This document shows positions 38,878-48,986 of a DNA stretch of 64,000 nucleotides, piece by piece; the stretch's first letter is position 1, and every line of letters starts with the position of its first letter. The notes below the pieces were generated by a model that was not told where the DNA came from, searched no databases, and worked only from the letters and a program-made list of their open reading frames with translations. The position numbers and the translations under genes were made by a program. Origin of the DNA: Candidatus Poribacteria bacterium (GTDB lineage Bacteria > Poribacteria > WGA-4E > PCPOR2b); the NCBI GenBank assembly GCA_965215015.1, contig OZ244042.1:960001-1024000 (forward strand). The letters run 5' to 3'.

Positions 38878-41800
38878 ATGCCAATTAATCGCGACCAGAC
38901 CTGCCAACTCCTTGGAGACTTTGAATTTGAAACACTCCTGATTGAAGAGCTCGGTTGGGATTACCACACACAAAGTCTCAGCATTACCATTGATGAAACC
39001 GAATACCTATTGATCGCAATTGCCGAGAAACGCGGGATGGTTGTCTTTCACTGCGCGGCAAGGACCGATGGAAATATTCCAGATTATGCGACCCGGCGTA
39101 AAATTCAACGGGAGGTCGCCAAATCTGTCCATGAACACCTCATTATTTATACTAACACTGAGAGAACCACACAGATTTGGCAATTGGCCAAACGGGAGCC
39201 GGGAAGACCGATCGCATGTCCTGAACACCGTTACGATTCTGAACAGTCCGGTGAGTCCCTAATTCAAAAACTGAAAATGATTGCTGTTGGCTTCGACGAG
39301 GAAGAAGACATCACACTGCTGGACGTCACCGGGCGCGTTCGGGCAGCTTTTGACGTAGAACGCGTGACCAGACGATTCTATGACCGTTTCAAGACGGAAC
39401 ACGCCCAGTTCCTCAATTTTCTCGAAGGGATTCCCGATCAAGAGATGGAACGCTGGTACGCCTCGGTGATGTTGAATCGCTTGATGTTCATCTACTTTAT
39501 TCAGAAGAAGGGCTTCCTGAACGACGATACTGACTATTTGCGGACCAAGCTGACAGGAAGCCAAGTCAACGGTAATGATCGATACTACACCGATTTTCTC
39601 TGTCCACTCTTCTTTGAGGGATTTGCAAAACCAGAATCGGATCGGAGCAGAGAGATGCATCGCTTGCTCGGAAAAGTGCCTTACCTGAACGGCGGCATCT
39701 TCCAACGGCACCAACTTGAAGAAATTTATGGGGAAAGGATTCAAATTGCTGACGCTGCATTCGAGAAGCTTTTTAACTTTTTTGAAGATTATCAATGGCA
39801 TCTCGATGAACGTCCATTGCGGAACGATAACGAGATTAACCCCGATGTCCTCGGTTACATCTTTGAAAAATATATCAACCAGAAGCAGATGGGCGCGTAC
39901 TACACCAAAGAGGACATCACGGAGTATATCAGCAAAAGTACGGTGATTCCGTTCCTGTTTGATGCCGCACGCAAGGAGTGTAAAATCGCTTTCGAGGGGG
40001 AAGCAAGTGTCTGGGGACTGCTACAAGCCAACCCAGACCGTTACATCTACGATGCCGTCAAAACAGGTATCAAAGGAGATCTGCCACCGGAGATTGCCGC
40101 AGGGATTGACGACGTATCCAAACGCGGACTGTGGAACACGCTTGCGCCCGATGAATACGCTTTGCCGACCGAAATATGGCGAGAGGTCGTCGCACGGCGG
40201 AGCCGATACGAAGCAGTTCACACCAAGCTGTCAAACGGCGAAATAGATGAGGTTAATGCACTCATTACCTATAACCTCGACATCCGTCAATTCGCACAGG
40301 ACGTGATCGAAAATTGTGAAGGTCCCGAGCTACTGCGCGCCTTCTGGAAAGCCATCACTCAGGTGACCATCCTCGATCCGACCTGCGGTTCCGGCGCGTT
40401 CCTGTTTGCCGCCCTCAATATCCTTGAACCGCTCTACGAAGCGTGTCTGGATCGGATGGAAATATTCCTTGACGACCTACAACACTCGCCCCCCTTGCGG
40501 GGGGTTAGGGGGGGTAGAGATTTCCGCAAAATCCTTAAAAGCATCGATCAACATCCCAACCGCCGCTATTTCATCCTGAAGTCAATTATTATCAACAACC
40601 TTTACGGTGTAGACATTATGGATGAAGCGATAGAGATTTGCAAGTTGCGGCTCTTCCTCAAAATGGTGGCACAGATCGATGATGTGAGACAGATTGAACC
40701 GCTGCCCGACATCGACTTCAATATACAGGCGGGGAATACACTCGTCGGCTATGCGACATACGACGAAGTAGAAAAAGCGGTCACCGAAAACAGAATAGAC
40801 TTCGACAACACCATGGAAAGCCTCCAAGAAAAGGCGGAGGATGTCGAGTATTTGTTTGCTCTGTTTCGTCAGCAGCAGACGGAATTGGGCGGGGCCGTCA
40901 GGTCTAATGACAAACAGGCCTTACGCGATAAGCTCAAAGCGTTAGAAGATGAACTCAACCGATACCTTGCCGGAGAGTACGGCGTAGATCCGAACAAGAA
41001 AGCTGCTTACCAGAAGTGGCTCTCTTCACACAAGCCGTTTCATTGGTTCATTGAGTTTTACGGCATTCTCAAGGCCGGTGGCTTTGATGTAATTATCGGC
41101 AATCCACCGTATGTAGAATATAGCAAGGTGAAAAAGGAGTACAAGATTAGAGGGTATGACACGGAGAGTTGTGGAAACTTGTATGCGTTTATATTTGAAA
41201 GAAGTTTCCATCTTCTTCAGCAAAATGGTTGGAAATCGATGATAATTCCACACTCAGCTTACTGTACGGATAGGATGTCCTCTCTTCAAGATTTATTTCA
41301 TCGTTCTAGACGAGTTGGGTGGGTGCAAACATACGGTACCGCGCCAACAAAATTGTTTGTGGGAGCAAATCAAAGGTTAGCGATTTATATCGTTCAACAG
41401 GGTTCAAAGCTATCTCACTCATTGTACTCATCTCGCTATCACAGATGGAATGAGCGATTTCGACCACATCTTTTTGATGCTATCGAACATATAGATATTA
41501 CTCAAATATCGTTTCAAAATTCCTTACCCAAAATCTACAGTGGGATTGAACAAAGTATTTGGAAAAAATTAGCTCAATTCCCAGTTTTAGGTACGTGCCT
41601 TGCTACGAGCCGAACTTCTTACACAATATATTTCCATAACGCACCGCGCTACTGGATTAGAGCAATGGACTTTGCTCCTTACTTTTGGAATGAACGAGAT
41701 GGCGAGAAAATGTCAACTCATGTCAAGCTTTTGTGTTTCGCAACAGAATTAGATGCAGCCGTAGCCATGGCGACTTTGAACAGTTCACTCTTTTATTGGT

Positions 41801-42132
41801 GGTTTGTTATTCTCTCTAATTGCCGCGACTTGAATTTACGTGAGATTAGACATTTCCCAATCGGTGTTGATAGAATAGAAGAGGCAATAAAGCACAGTCT
41901 TTCAGAAATTTCTGCTAACCTGATGATAGATTTAAGACGCCACGCCCAGCGCAAGGAGACTTATTACCAAACTACCGGACGCGTCGTCTATGACGAGTTT
42001 TATCCGCGTCACTCCAAACCCATCATAGACGAAATTGACCGGCTGCTCGCCCAGCACTACGGCTTCACCGACGAAGAATTAGACTTCATCATCAACTACG
42101 ACATCAAATACCGGCTGGGGTTGGGAAACTGA
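38878..42132 (+). CDS. Large gamma-class N6-adenine methyltransferase, Eco57I/Type IIG-like
   Basis: NRLMFIYF, VPYLNGGIF, LGYIFEK, GAYYT, LDPTCGSGAFL, NLYGVDI, IIGNPPY and a C-terminal TRD (LNSSLFYWW). Confidence 0.9.
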   Translation: MPINRDQTCQLLGDFEFETLLIEELGWDYHTQSLSITIDETEYLLIAIAEKRGMVVFHCAARTDGNIPDYATRRKIQREVAKSVHEHLIIYTNTERTTQIWQLAKREPGRPIACPEHRYDSEQSGESLIQKLKMIAVGFDEEEDITLLDVTGRVRAAFDVERVTRRFYDRFKTEHAQFLNFLEGIPDQEMERWYASVMLNRLMFIYFIQKKGFLNDDTDYLRTKLTGSQVNGNDRYYTDFLCPLFFEGFAKPESDRSREMHRLLGKVPYLNGGIFQRHQLEEIYGERIQIADAAFEKLFNFFEDYQWHLDERPLRNDNEINPDVLGYIFEKYINQKQMGAYYTKEDITEYISKSTVIPFLFDAARKECKIAFEGEASVWGLLQANPDRYIYDAVKTGIKGDLPPEIAAGIDDVSKRGLWNTLAPDEYALPTEIWREVVARRSRYEAVHTKLSNGEIDEVNALITYNLDIRQFAQDVIENCEGPELLRAFWKAITQVTILDPTCGSGAFLFAALNILEPLYEACLDRMEIFLDDLQHSPPLRGVRGGRDFRKILKSIDQHPNRRYFILKSIIINNLYGVDIMDEAIEICKLRLFLKMVAQIDDVRQIEPLPDIDFNIQAGNTLVGYATYDEVEKAVTENRIDFDNTMESLQEKAEDVEYLFALFRQQQTELGGAVRSNDKQALRDKLKALEDELNRYLAGEYGVDPNKKAAYQKWLSSHKPFHWFIEFYGILKAGGFDVIIGNPPYVEYSKVKKEYKIRGYDTESCGNLYAFIFERSFHLLQQNGWKSMIIPHSAYCTDRMSSLQDLFHRSRRVGWVQTYGTAPTKLFVGANQRLAIYIVQQGSKLSHSLYSSRYHRWNERFRPHLFDAIEHIDITQISFQNSLPKIYSGIEQSIWKKLAQFPVLGTCLATSRTSYTIYFHNAPRYWIRAMDFAPYFWNERDGEKMSTHVKLLCFATELDAAVAMATLNSSLFYWWFVILSNCRDLNLREIRHFPIGVDRIEEAIKHSLSEISANLMIDLRRHAQRKETYYQTTGRVVYDEFYPRHSKPIIDEIDRLLAQHYGFTDEELDFIINYDIKYRLGLGN

Positions 42133-42152
42133 CCCAACCAAAGAATCCTAAA

Positions 42153-42476
42153 ATGCAGTTAATCACAGTTTTGAACGTAATATCTCTACTCTTTGCTGTC
42201 CCCGCGTTCAGCACCCTGACCGCAGCAGACATTGAGAAGATTCGCTCAATCATCAAAGCGTGGGACAAACGCCTGACCGGCGAAATCGAAACATTAGGCG
42301 AACGATTAAACCACATTTTTATGCTGGTCATGGCTTTGGTAGCTTTCATTGCTGTGGTCATCGGGATACCACAAATCATCGTCGCCATGCAGCGAAAAGA
42401 CATTTTGTTTCTTGGTGCGGTTGGGCTAGGAAGCCCGATCTACCGAGCTGCTAAAAAATGCAAAACGCGGAGATAA
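42153..42476 (+). CDS. Small hypothetical protein (signal peptide, coiled coil, TM); 3' end probably disrupted by a repeat
   Basis: LTAADIEKIRSII...LVAFIAVVIGIPQII; the end overlaps a family B repeat. Confidence 0.55.
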   Translation: MQLITVLNVISLLFAVPAFSTLTAADIEKIRSIIKAWDKRLTGEIETLGERLNHIFMLVMALVAFIAVVIGIPQIIVAMQRKDILFLGAVGLGSPIYRAAKKCKTRR

Positions 42477-42532
42477 ACCGAGTTTTTGCCAAAAACTCGT
42501 GTTCTTTCGCCGAAGAAAATGTCTCGACCAAC

Positions 42533-42586
42533 ATTTATTCGTTTTTGCCGAAAAAAGACTTGACACCTCTTTCAAAATGTGAGAAA
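42533..42586 (+). promoter_or_regulatory. nuo promoter (right copy of the 51-bp repeat)
   Basis: TTGACA-N17-GAAAAT with TG extension, about 150 bp upstream of nuoA. Confidence 0.6.
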
Positions 42587-42662
42587 ATAATATCCCTTTG
42601 AAAAATTAGAATTATCCGGCTAAAGTGGGCTGAAAATGAGCCCATTCTTTTTTGGCTTGAGT

Positions 42663-42680
42663 ATGTGAAACATTTCACAA
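42663..42680. promoter_or_regulatory. Rex (NADH/NAD+ sensor) operator
   Basis: ATGTGAA-ACAT-TTCACAA, one mismatch from consensus TTGTGAA-N4-TTCACAA, between promoter and nuoA. Confidence 0.75.
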
Positions 42681-42733
42681 CCTACATCCAATAACTTTAA
42701 TTCTTTGGCTGAAAACGCCGCGCAGCTTAAAAA

Positions 42734-43102
42734 ATGTTGACTGATTACTTACCCATACTATTGCTACTCGTTTTTGCCATCGGTTTTGCGGGGGTGAACC
42801 TCGTCCTGACCCATTTGATTGGGCCAAAGAAATCGACGCAAGCCAAGCTCTCCGTTTATGAATCTGGTGTTCAGCCGGTCGGAGACACTCGGCAAAGGAT
42901 TTCCATCCGCTTTGGTCTCATCGCGATGCTCTTTATCATTTTTGATATTGAGGTCGTTTTCCTCTATCCATGGGCAGTTGTCTTTAAGAAATTCACAGAG
43001 AACAGCGGCTATTTTATCCTTATTGAGATGCTGGTTTTCATTGGCATTCTCTTTTTAGGTTATATCTACGCCTGGAAGAAAGGTGGTCTATCGTGGGATT
43101 AG
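42734..43102 (+). CDS. nuoA: NADH-quinone oxidoreductase subunit A
   Basis: YESG, FIIFDIEVVFLYPWA and WKKGGLSW. Confidence 0.96.
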   Translation: MLTDYLPILLLLVFAIGFAGVNLVLTHLIGPKKSTQAKLSVYESGVQPVGDTRQRISIRFGLIAMLFIIFDIEVVFLYPWAVVFKKFTENSGYFILIEMLVFIGILFLGYIYAWKKGGLSWD

Positions 43103-43584
43103 AAAGTCAACTTGGAGATAATATATTCACCACCACTATTGATAAGTTTGTAAACTGGGGACGAAAAAACTCCCTTTGGCCAATGCCGTTTGGCACTGCG
43201 TGTTGTGCCATCGAAATGATGGCAACCCTAGCGTCGAAGTTTGACCTCTCACGTTTCGGCGCAGAAGCGATTCGATTTTCGCCGCGCCAATCGGATTTGT
43301 TGATTGTTTCGGGACGTATCTCCATTAAAATGATGCCGGTCCTAAAAAAAATCTACGACCAGATGCCCGACCCGAAATGGGTCATCTCAATGGGAGCATG
43401 CGCCTCCACAGGCGGCGTTTTTGATACCTATACCTTAGTACAAGGCGTGGATGGGTTCATCCCCGTTGACATTTACATTCCCGGCTGCCCGCCGCGTCCT
43501 GAGGATCTAATTGACGCTGTGATACAGATCCAACGCATCGTGGAGCAAGAGAGCGTTTCCTCTAAAAGAGCGATTGCTGGCTAG
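43093..43584 (+). CDS. nuoB: NADH-quinone oxidoreductase subunit B
   Basis: TACCAIEM, SPRQSD, MGACASTGG and PGCPPRP. Confidence 0.97.
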   Translation: MGLESQLGDNIFTTTIDKFVNWGRKNSLWPMPFGTACCAIEMMATLASKFDLSRFGAEAIRFSPRQSDLLIVSGRISIKMMPVLKKIYDQMPDPKWVISMGACASTGGVFDTYTLVQGVDGFIPVDIYIPGCPPRPEDLIDAVIQIQRIVEQESVSSKRAIAG

Positions 43585-43690
43585 CAGGGGCGGCGTCTCC
43601 GTACCTGATCTAATTGAGTTCAAGAGTCCATTAATGTACGAGTGAACCAATGAATCAATACACTCAGCGGTTCATTGAGGATCAAGCCCA

Positions 43691-44221
43691 ATGAGTGAAG
43701 ATCGACAACCCCTTGTGGTTCAAAAAGTTCAAGAAAAATACTCCGATGCAATCCTTGATGTTTCTGACATACGAGGTGAATTGACGCTTGTAGTGCGTAA
43801 AGATATCATCTATGGATTGATGGCGTTCCTGAAGAACGATTCAGAACTCGCATACAACTTTCTTGCTGATGTCACAGCGGTTGATTACTCCGTGATGGAA
43901 GATGTCCTGATGAAATACGATTATGCACGGTTCATGGTCGTCTACCATCTACTTTCAACAGAAACGAAAGAACGTTTGCGTGTCAAAGTTCCCGTCCGTG
44001 AAAAAGAACTTAGCATCCCATCAATGGCATCCATCTGGAAGGTGGCAAATTGGCTGGAGCGGGAAACATACGACATGTTTGGAATCACCTTTGAGGAGCA
44101 TCCGGACCTCCGTCGAATCCTGATGCCTGATGATTATGAAGGATACCCGCTTCGTAAGGACTACCCCCTGCGTGGTCGTGGGGAACGTGAGACCTTTAAC
44201 TTTGAAGAGCAGAATGTGTAA
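43691..44221 (+). CDS. nuoC: NADH-quinone oxidoreductase subunit C
   Basis: TAVDY, ANWLERETYDMFGI and PLRKDYPL. Confidence 0.96.
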   Translation: MSEDRQPLVVQKVQEKYSDAILDVSDIRGELTLVVRKDIIYGLMAFLKNDSELAYNFLADVTAVDYSVMEDVLMKYDYARFMVVYHLLSTETKERLRVKVPVREKELSIPSMASIWKVANWLERETYDMFGITFEEHPDLRRILMPDDYEGYPLRKDYPLRGRGERETFNFEEQNV

Positions 44222-44285
44222 TACGCTTTAGGCTTGCCTTTCAATTATCCGTAGACAATCCCGACTCTCCACTGGAGAAAAAGAG

Positions 44286-45482
44286 ATGCGAAAAGATTCA
44301 CATCGAGTTCCCGGTGAACCGATGACGCTGAATTTCGGTCCCCAGCATCCCGCGACTCACGGCACACTTAGAATCGTCGTAGAGCTTGATGGCGAAACCG
44401 TTCTGAAAGCGACACCCCACCTCGGTTATCTACATACCGGCTTCGAGAAGCTAGGAGAGTACCACGATTATAACCAGTTCATCGTCGTAACCGACCGGAT
44501 GAACTACCTCTCACCGTTGTCTAACAACTTCGGCTATGTACTCGCTGTGGAAAAACTGCTGGACATCCAAGTCCCAAGGCGTTGTGAGTACATTCGCGTG
44601 ATTCTAGCCGAACTCTCCCGCATCGCAGATCACATGGTTTGGCTCGGTATGGGGGCATTGGATCTGGGGGCGTTCACAGTAATGCTATACGGCTTTGAAG
44701 AGCGGGAGAAATTGTACAGCATTTTCGAGAAAACCACCGGTGCCCGTTTGACCACCAGTTATACTCGTGTTGGGGGACTGATGAGAGACCTCTATGACGG
44801 TTTTGAGGAAGATGTTCGGACCTTCCTTAGTAGCTTTCCGAAAACCCTGAAAGAGGTTCACACACTGCTGACCCGAAACAGGATTTGGATGGATCGCACC
44901 AAAGGCGTTGGGGGGGTGTCAGCCGAGGATGCAATTGATTACGGCTTTACAGGCCCATGTCTGCGCGCCTCCGGAGTGGATTGGGATTTACGAAAAGCAG
45001 AGCCTTACTCCTGCTACGAAGACTTCGATTTTGATGTTCCCGTCGGTGCCAATGGCGATGCTTACGACCGTTACCTCGTGCGAATGGAAGAGATGATTCA
45101 AAGCGGTCGAATTGTTCGGCAGGCACTGGATAACCTACCCGATGGGCCCATCAATGTGGATGATTACAAAATCAGTCTCCCGACGAAAGAGGACGCTTAC
45201 GGGAATATTGAAGGCTTGATCCACCACTTCAAGATTATTATGGATGGACATGGGGTCCAGCCCCCTGTAGGTGAAGTCTATTGTGCCACCGAGTCCCCGA
45301 ACGGTGAACTGGGATTTTATATCGTCAGTGACGGCAGCGGTAAGGCGTATCGAATTCGTATCCGTCCACCCAGCTTTATACACTTCCAAGCGGTGCCTCA
45401 CATGATCGAAGGCGGTATGGTTTCAGATATCGTCGCCGTATTGGGGAGTCTAAATATTATTGCCGGGGAATTAGATCGGTAG
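44286..45482 (+). CDS. nuoD: NADH-quinone oxidoreductase subunit D
   Basis: NFGPQHPATHGTLR, GYLHTGFEK, RIRPPSF and GELDR. Confidence 0.97.
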   Translation: MRKDSHRVPGEPMTLNFGPQHPATHGTLRIVVELDGETVLKATPHLGYLHTGFEKLGEYHDYNQFIVVTDRMNYLSPLSNNFGYVLAVEKLLDIQVPRRCEYIRVILAELSRIADHMVWLGMGALDLGAFTVMLYGFEEREKLYSIFEKTTGARLTTSYTRVGGLMRDLYDGFEEDVRTFLSSFPKTLKEVHTLLTRNRIWMDRTKGVGGVSAEDAIDYGFTGPCLRASGVDWDLRKAEPYSCYEDFDFDVPVGANGDAYDRYLVRMEEMIQSGRIVRQALDNLPDGPINVDDYKISLPTKEDAYGNIEGLIHHFKIIMDGHGVQPPVGEVYCATESPNGELGFYIVSDGSGKAYRIRIRPPSFIHFQAVPHMIEGGMVSDIVAVLGSLNIIAGELDR

Positions 45483-45544
45483 TAGGGAATAACAATCGTT
45501 GCTTCCTACGACTTGGGTTTTAGTCCTAAAACCGGGGCGAAAAT

Positions 45545-45982
45545 ATGAAGCGGTTAAGCCTTATTTTGGTTTTCTGTCTGTGGGGCATTCCCGAGGCTAC
45601 GTTTTCCCAAGATGCAAAAACAGGGACAGTTCGTGGTTATATTGCTGATACCTCAACGGCGCAACTTCCAATCGAAGGGGTCAGAGTTGTTATTGTCGGT
45701 GCCGATGGTACAGAATTTGAAACGACCTCAGATAACACGGGTGAATTTAAGAAATCCGATGTACCGCCAGGGCGTTATCTACTTAGTATTTACAAGGATG
45801 GATATGGTGAACGCACTGGCAAACCGGTCACAGTTGTTGCCGGCGGAGATCACTATGTACCTCTAAAAATGTACAAACGTGAACCCCCTTGGCTGCTTAT
45901 TCTCTGTTTAGGGGTCGCTGCAGTATTGATTGTCGGCATAGCGATTGCCGTGGGTTTGCGAATCGATCGCCCGTCAGACTAA
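45545..45982 (+). CDS. Carboxypeptidase-regulatory-like domain protein with signal peptide and C-terminal TM
   Basis: GTVRGYIAD...PIEGVRV...TSDNTGEF...VPPGRY.LSI.KDGY. Confidence 0.8.
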   Translation: MKRLSLILVFCLWGIPEATFSQDAKTGTVRGYIADTSTAQLPIEGVRVVIVGADGTEFETTSDNTGEFKKSDVPPGRYLLSIYKDGYGERTGKPVTVVAGGDHYVPLKMYKREPPWLLILCLGVAAVLIVGIAIAVGLRIDRPSD

Positions 45983-46071
45983 CGAAGATTGTACAGTCCG
46001 TTCTCCGCGAACGATAGGGGCTCTAACTGAGCAACGCGCTTTAGGCACTTGTTCTCAGAAGGAATGAGTAG

Positions 46072-46593
46072 ATGTCCGATGAACTTATCCAAATAGAAAC
46101 ACCATTCCAGTTTTCAGAGGAAAATCAGCGGGAGTTTAATCAGCTGATTCAGCGATATCCGGTGAAGGAAGCCGCAATGCTTCCCACACTGCATCTGGCA
46201 CAGAAACAGGCAGGTTACATCAGTCCCGCCGTGATGGAGCATGTGGCTGAACTCTTGGAATTGCCGGTGATGAAGGTTAAAGATGTGGTGACATTTTACC
46301 CAATGTTCTTTGAGGAACCTGTCGGTAAATATGTTATTCGCGTTTGCTATACACTCCCCTGTGCGTTGAGGGATTGTAAACTGGTGCTGGAGCATATTAA
46401 ACAAAAATTTAATATAGATGTTGCTGCTGAAACAGACTTGGCAAAAGGAACCACGCCGGATGGGAAATTTACCTTACTGAAATCAGAGTGTCTAGCATCT
46501 TGCGATGTGGCACCTGTCGTAATGGTTAACGATGATTTGTATAAGAACCTCACTCCGCAAAAGATAGATGAGATTTTGGATGGCTTAGAGTAG
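46072..46593 (+). CDS. nuoE: NADH-quinone oxidoreductase subunit E
   Basis: VVTFYPMF, C..LPC and ECLASCDVAP 2Fe-2S motifs. Confidence 0.95.
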   Translation: MSDELIQIETPFQFSEENQREFNQLIQRYPVKEAAMLPTLHLAQKQAGYISPAVMEHVAELLELPVMKVKDVVTFYPMFFEEPVGKYVIRVCYTLPCALRDCKLVLEHIKQKFNIDVAAETDLAKGTTPDGKFTLLKSECLASCDVAPVVMVNDDLYKNLTPQKIDEILDGLE

Positions 46594-46616
46594 GGGCAAA
46601 AGGTTGGTAACGACTC

Positions 46617-48095
46617 ATGGTTCAAGAAAGACGCATTCTCTACGAACATCTAGATGTACCAGACATCAATACATTTGATGTGTTCCGTCAGTACAATGGC
46701 TATGAGCACTTCGAGAAGACAATCAAGGAGCATCAACCGGAAGATATTTGTGAGATGGTGATGCAATCCGGACTGAAAGGGCGTGGCGGCGCAGGATTTT
46801 CAACCGGCCTGAAGTGGAGCTTCGTGCCCAGAGATATTGAACCGCGCTACCTGTGTTGCAACGCCGATGAGAGCGAGCCGGGAACGTTTAGCAACCGCTA
46901 CGTTCTGGAAAAGAATCCACATCTATTGATTGAAGGCATCCTAATCTGTTGTTATGCCATGGGAATTAACACCGCGTACATCTACATTCGTGGGGAATTC
47001 ACGCTCGGCAAACGTATGTTAGATGCCGCTATTGGGGAAGCATATCAGCAAGGCTATCTAGGAAAAAATATCCTAGACAGTGGCTTTGATCTGGAGGTTT
47101 ATTCCCATCCGGGAGCCGGGGCGTACATCTGCGGCGAAGAGACCGGATTGATTGAATCCCTTGAAGGGAAACGTGGGCAACCGCGTGTGAAACCACCATT
47201 CCCCGCAGTCGAAGGACTCTTTCATAAACCAACAGTTGTCCAGAATGTGGAAACGTTGTGTAACCTGCCTTTTCTTATGGGGCAAGGGGTCGAATGGTAT
47301 ACCAGTATCGGACGCACCTATGGGGATACACGGTTTGATCCACCACAGGCACAGGCGGATCCAAACACAGGGACAAAACTTTACTGTATCAGCGGGGATG
47401 TGAACAAGCCGGGCGTCTATGAACTCGACCTCGGTTTGACCGCCGAGGAGTTAATTCAAGTTGCGGGCGGCGTCAGGGGTGAGCGTGTAAAAGCTGTCAT
47501 CCCCGGCGGTAGTTCTGCGCCGATTTTGGCGCACTATGAGTTGGAATGCCGCCTCGATTTCACCTCATTGACGCTCTGGAAATCGATGCTTGGTTCTGGA
47601 GGCATTATCGTCATGAACGAAACACGGAATATTGTCGATTGCCTCCTCAACATCATGAAGTTCTACGCACACGAATCGTGTGGCCAATGTACGCCGTGCC
47701 GTTGGGGGACGCCTTGGGTGCGAGATATCGTCCAACGAATCGCTGACGGCGAGGGGCGAAAAACGACGATTCAGCGACCTAAGTTTGGTATCACAGAGAG
47801 CGGTAGATGGGGCGATACCGGTGAGATAGAGGAGGTTTACGAAGACCTTGACCTCCTCGAGAGCGTCGCAAATAACATCGCAAATGTGGACACCATGACG
47901 TGGAACACCATCTGCGTCTTTGGTATTGCAGTCTCGTGGCCCGCCGTGAGCTATCTTCGGAAATTCCGTCCAGAGTTTGAGGCTACGATTCGTGAAGGAA
48001 AACTGGTAACATTGCCGGTAGAAGAAGCGACAGTGCCTCCGGAAGAGAATTACGCTTATCAGCAGCGGATAGTTCCAAAACTATTTGAAGCGTAG
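46617..48095 (+). CDS. nuoF: NADH-quinone oxidoreductase subunit F
   Basis: GRGGAGF, NADESEPGT, GAYICGEET and HESCGQCTPCR...TIC. Confidence 0.97.
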   Translation: MVQERRILYEHLDVPDINTFDVFRQYNGYEHFEKTIKEHQPEDICEMVMQSGLKGRGGAGFSTGLKWSFVPRDIEPRYLCCNADESEPGTFSNRYVLEKNPHLLIEGILICCYAMGINTAYIYIRGEFTLGKRMLDAAIGEAYQQGYLGKNILDSGFDLEVYSHPGAGAYICGEETGLIESLEGKRGQPRVKPPFPAVEGLFHKPTVVQNVETLCNLPFLMGQGVEWYTSIGRTYGDTRFDPPQAQADPNTGTKLYCISGDVNKPGVYELDLGLTAEELIQVAGGVRGERVKAVIPGGSSAPILAHYELECRLDFTSLTLWKSMLGSGGIIVMNETRNIVDCLLNIMKFYAHESCGQCTPCRWGTPWVRDIVQRIADGEGRKTTIQRPKFGITESGRWGDTGEIEEVYEDLDLLESVANNIANVDTMTWNTICVFGIAVSWPAVSYLRKFRPEFEATIREGKLVTLPVEEATVPPEENYAYQQRIVPKLFEA

Positions 48096-48206
48096 ATTTT
48101 ACCATCGAGCGAATTGACTAACACAAAACGCCACCGGTTGACTCCGTTTTTTGCAGAAAGCCGATAAACACTAAACAGCGACTCAGCACGTGGAGTGTTT
48201 CCTTCT

Positions 48207-48986
48207 ATGATTCACGTCTCTCATCTCACAAAGAGATATGGAATGACTGTCGCTGTTGATGATATTAGCTTTGAGATCCCACAGGGGCAAATCGTGGGTT
48301 ACCTCGGACCCAACGGTGCAGGGAAAAGCACGACACTGAAGATGCTCGTGGGGCTGCTTGAGCCGACGGAAGGTAAAATATCGGTCGCCGGCTATGACGC
48401 GGCAACGCAATTACTGCTCCTGAAAAAGCATGTCGGATACGTCCCCGAAGAAGCACACTTATACGAAAGTTTAACCTTAGTCGAGCACCTTCAGTTGATG
48501 GGTAGGCTCTATCACGTCGAAGAAACGCTCATCGCCCAGAAGATACAGGACCTCACACAACTCTTTGATATGGAGCCACAGGGAACGCAAAGGATAAGTA
48601 GTCTTTCGCAAGGGATGCGTCAGAAGCTGCTCATTATGTCCGCCTTGTTGCACAATCCGGCTGTTCTGCTTTTGGATGAACCCTTCACCAACTTGGATGT
48701 GACGACAGTCACACTCATGAAAACGATTCTACAACGTCTCGCTGACGCGGGGAAAACCATTTTGTACTGTACCCATATTCTTGAAGTCGCAGAAACACTC
48801 TGTCCACGGATTATGATTATCAACCAGGGAAAACTAATCGCCGATGCAACGGTTGATGAACTGCGAAAGATGACAAGCGAAACAGCACTAAACCAGATTT
48901 TCACACAACTCACGGATACCAGCAGCGGAATAGATCAGAAAACTGAGGAAGCCCTTCGGATTCTAATGGGAGGTTCCGATGCTTGA
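48207..48986 (+). CDS. ABC transporter ATP-binding protein (ABC-2 type)
   Basis: GPNGAGKST, LSQGMRQK, LLLDEP and TH switch. Confidence 0.93.
   Translation: MIHVSHLTKRYGMTVAVDDISFEIPQGQIVGYLGPNGAGKSTTLKMLVGLLEPTEGKISVAGYDAATQLLLLKKHVGYVPEEAHLYESLTLVEHLQLMGRLYHVEETLIAQKIQDLTQLFDMEPQGTQRISSLSQGMRQKLLIMSALLHNPAVLLLDEPFTNLDVTTVTLMKTILQRLADAGKTILYCTHILEVAETLCPRIMIINQGKLIADATVDELRKMTSETALNQIFTQLTDTSSGIDQKTEEALRILMGGSDA

Noticed and set aside
38878-42132. BREX or DISARM system assignment for the large MTase
   Set aside because: No pglZ, brxC or drmAB neighbours in the window.
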